A stretch of DNA of 55,347 bases from a virus (lineage: Duplodnaviria > Caudoviricetes), in the IMG/VR virus record IMGVR_UViG_3300017988_000845, positions 1 to 55,347 of that record; one strand, written 5' to 3'. Positions 55,243-55,347 of the stretch are shown here, piece after piece (the first letter of the stretch is position 1; every line of letters starts with the position of its first letter). The position numbers were made by a program, and so were the translations under genes. The notes beneath the pieces were generated by a model, which was not told the origin of the DNA, made no database searches, and saw only the letters and a list, made by a program, of their open reading frames with translations.

Positions 55243-55347
55243 ATGTGCAAGCGTCATTCTTTCATGATCACCCGGTCGGGGAGAGTCTTCGACGGGTATG
55301 GGATCACCGACAGTCACACACTGATCCGTGAATTCGCCGGCCTATGC
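55243..55347 (+). CDS. Hypothetical protein (partial)
   Basis: GGGAG RBS; MCKRHSFMITRSGRV...DSH..IR is open to the window end. Confidence 0.55.
   Translation, partial: MCKRHSFMITRSGRVFDGYGITDSHTLIREFAGLC

Overview
The window is the virion-morphogenesis half of a contractile-tailed (myovirus-type) phage or prophage. A GapR/DUF2312 gene suggests an alphaproteobacterial host. Most genes lie on the minus strand in the order terS, split terL, portal, prohead protease, scaffold, major capsid, tRNA cluster, neck, sheath, tube, tail chaperones, tape measure/SLT, hub, spike, baseplate and fibres. No integrase, replication or clear lysis genes are visible. The standout signal is a nucleotide-sugar and glycosylation toolkit dispersed among the structural genes: rfbF, rfbG, rfbH, a two-subunit transketolase, two SDR epimerase/reductases, rmlC, rmlD, a 1275-aa multidomain glycosyltransferase next to the portal, GT9- and GT34-like enzymes, and a methyltransferase. 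It co-occurs with strong Ser-Gly dipeptide enrichment in exposed virion proteins and four tandem non-canonical (8/4) serine tRNAs. My inference is a self-contained virion O-glycosylation system using an unusual, possibly C4-branched, 3,6-dideoxy sugar. Other observations: a recurrent late-promoter-like motif (YAGGYAT-N22/23-TAnnnT, 7 copies), a terminase large subunit split by about 3.1 kb of mostly glycan genes, a TCC-TTT-CGT +1 frameshift candidate, a G8-frameshifted Fe-S gene, an inverted cassette of four signal-peptide proteins, a tRNA-like ncRNA candidate, a 410-bp MITE-like element and a nested inverted repeat upstream of terS. All product calls come from motif recognition and gene order by eye, not database searches, and all counts are hand counts.
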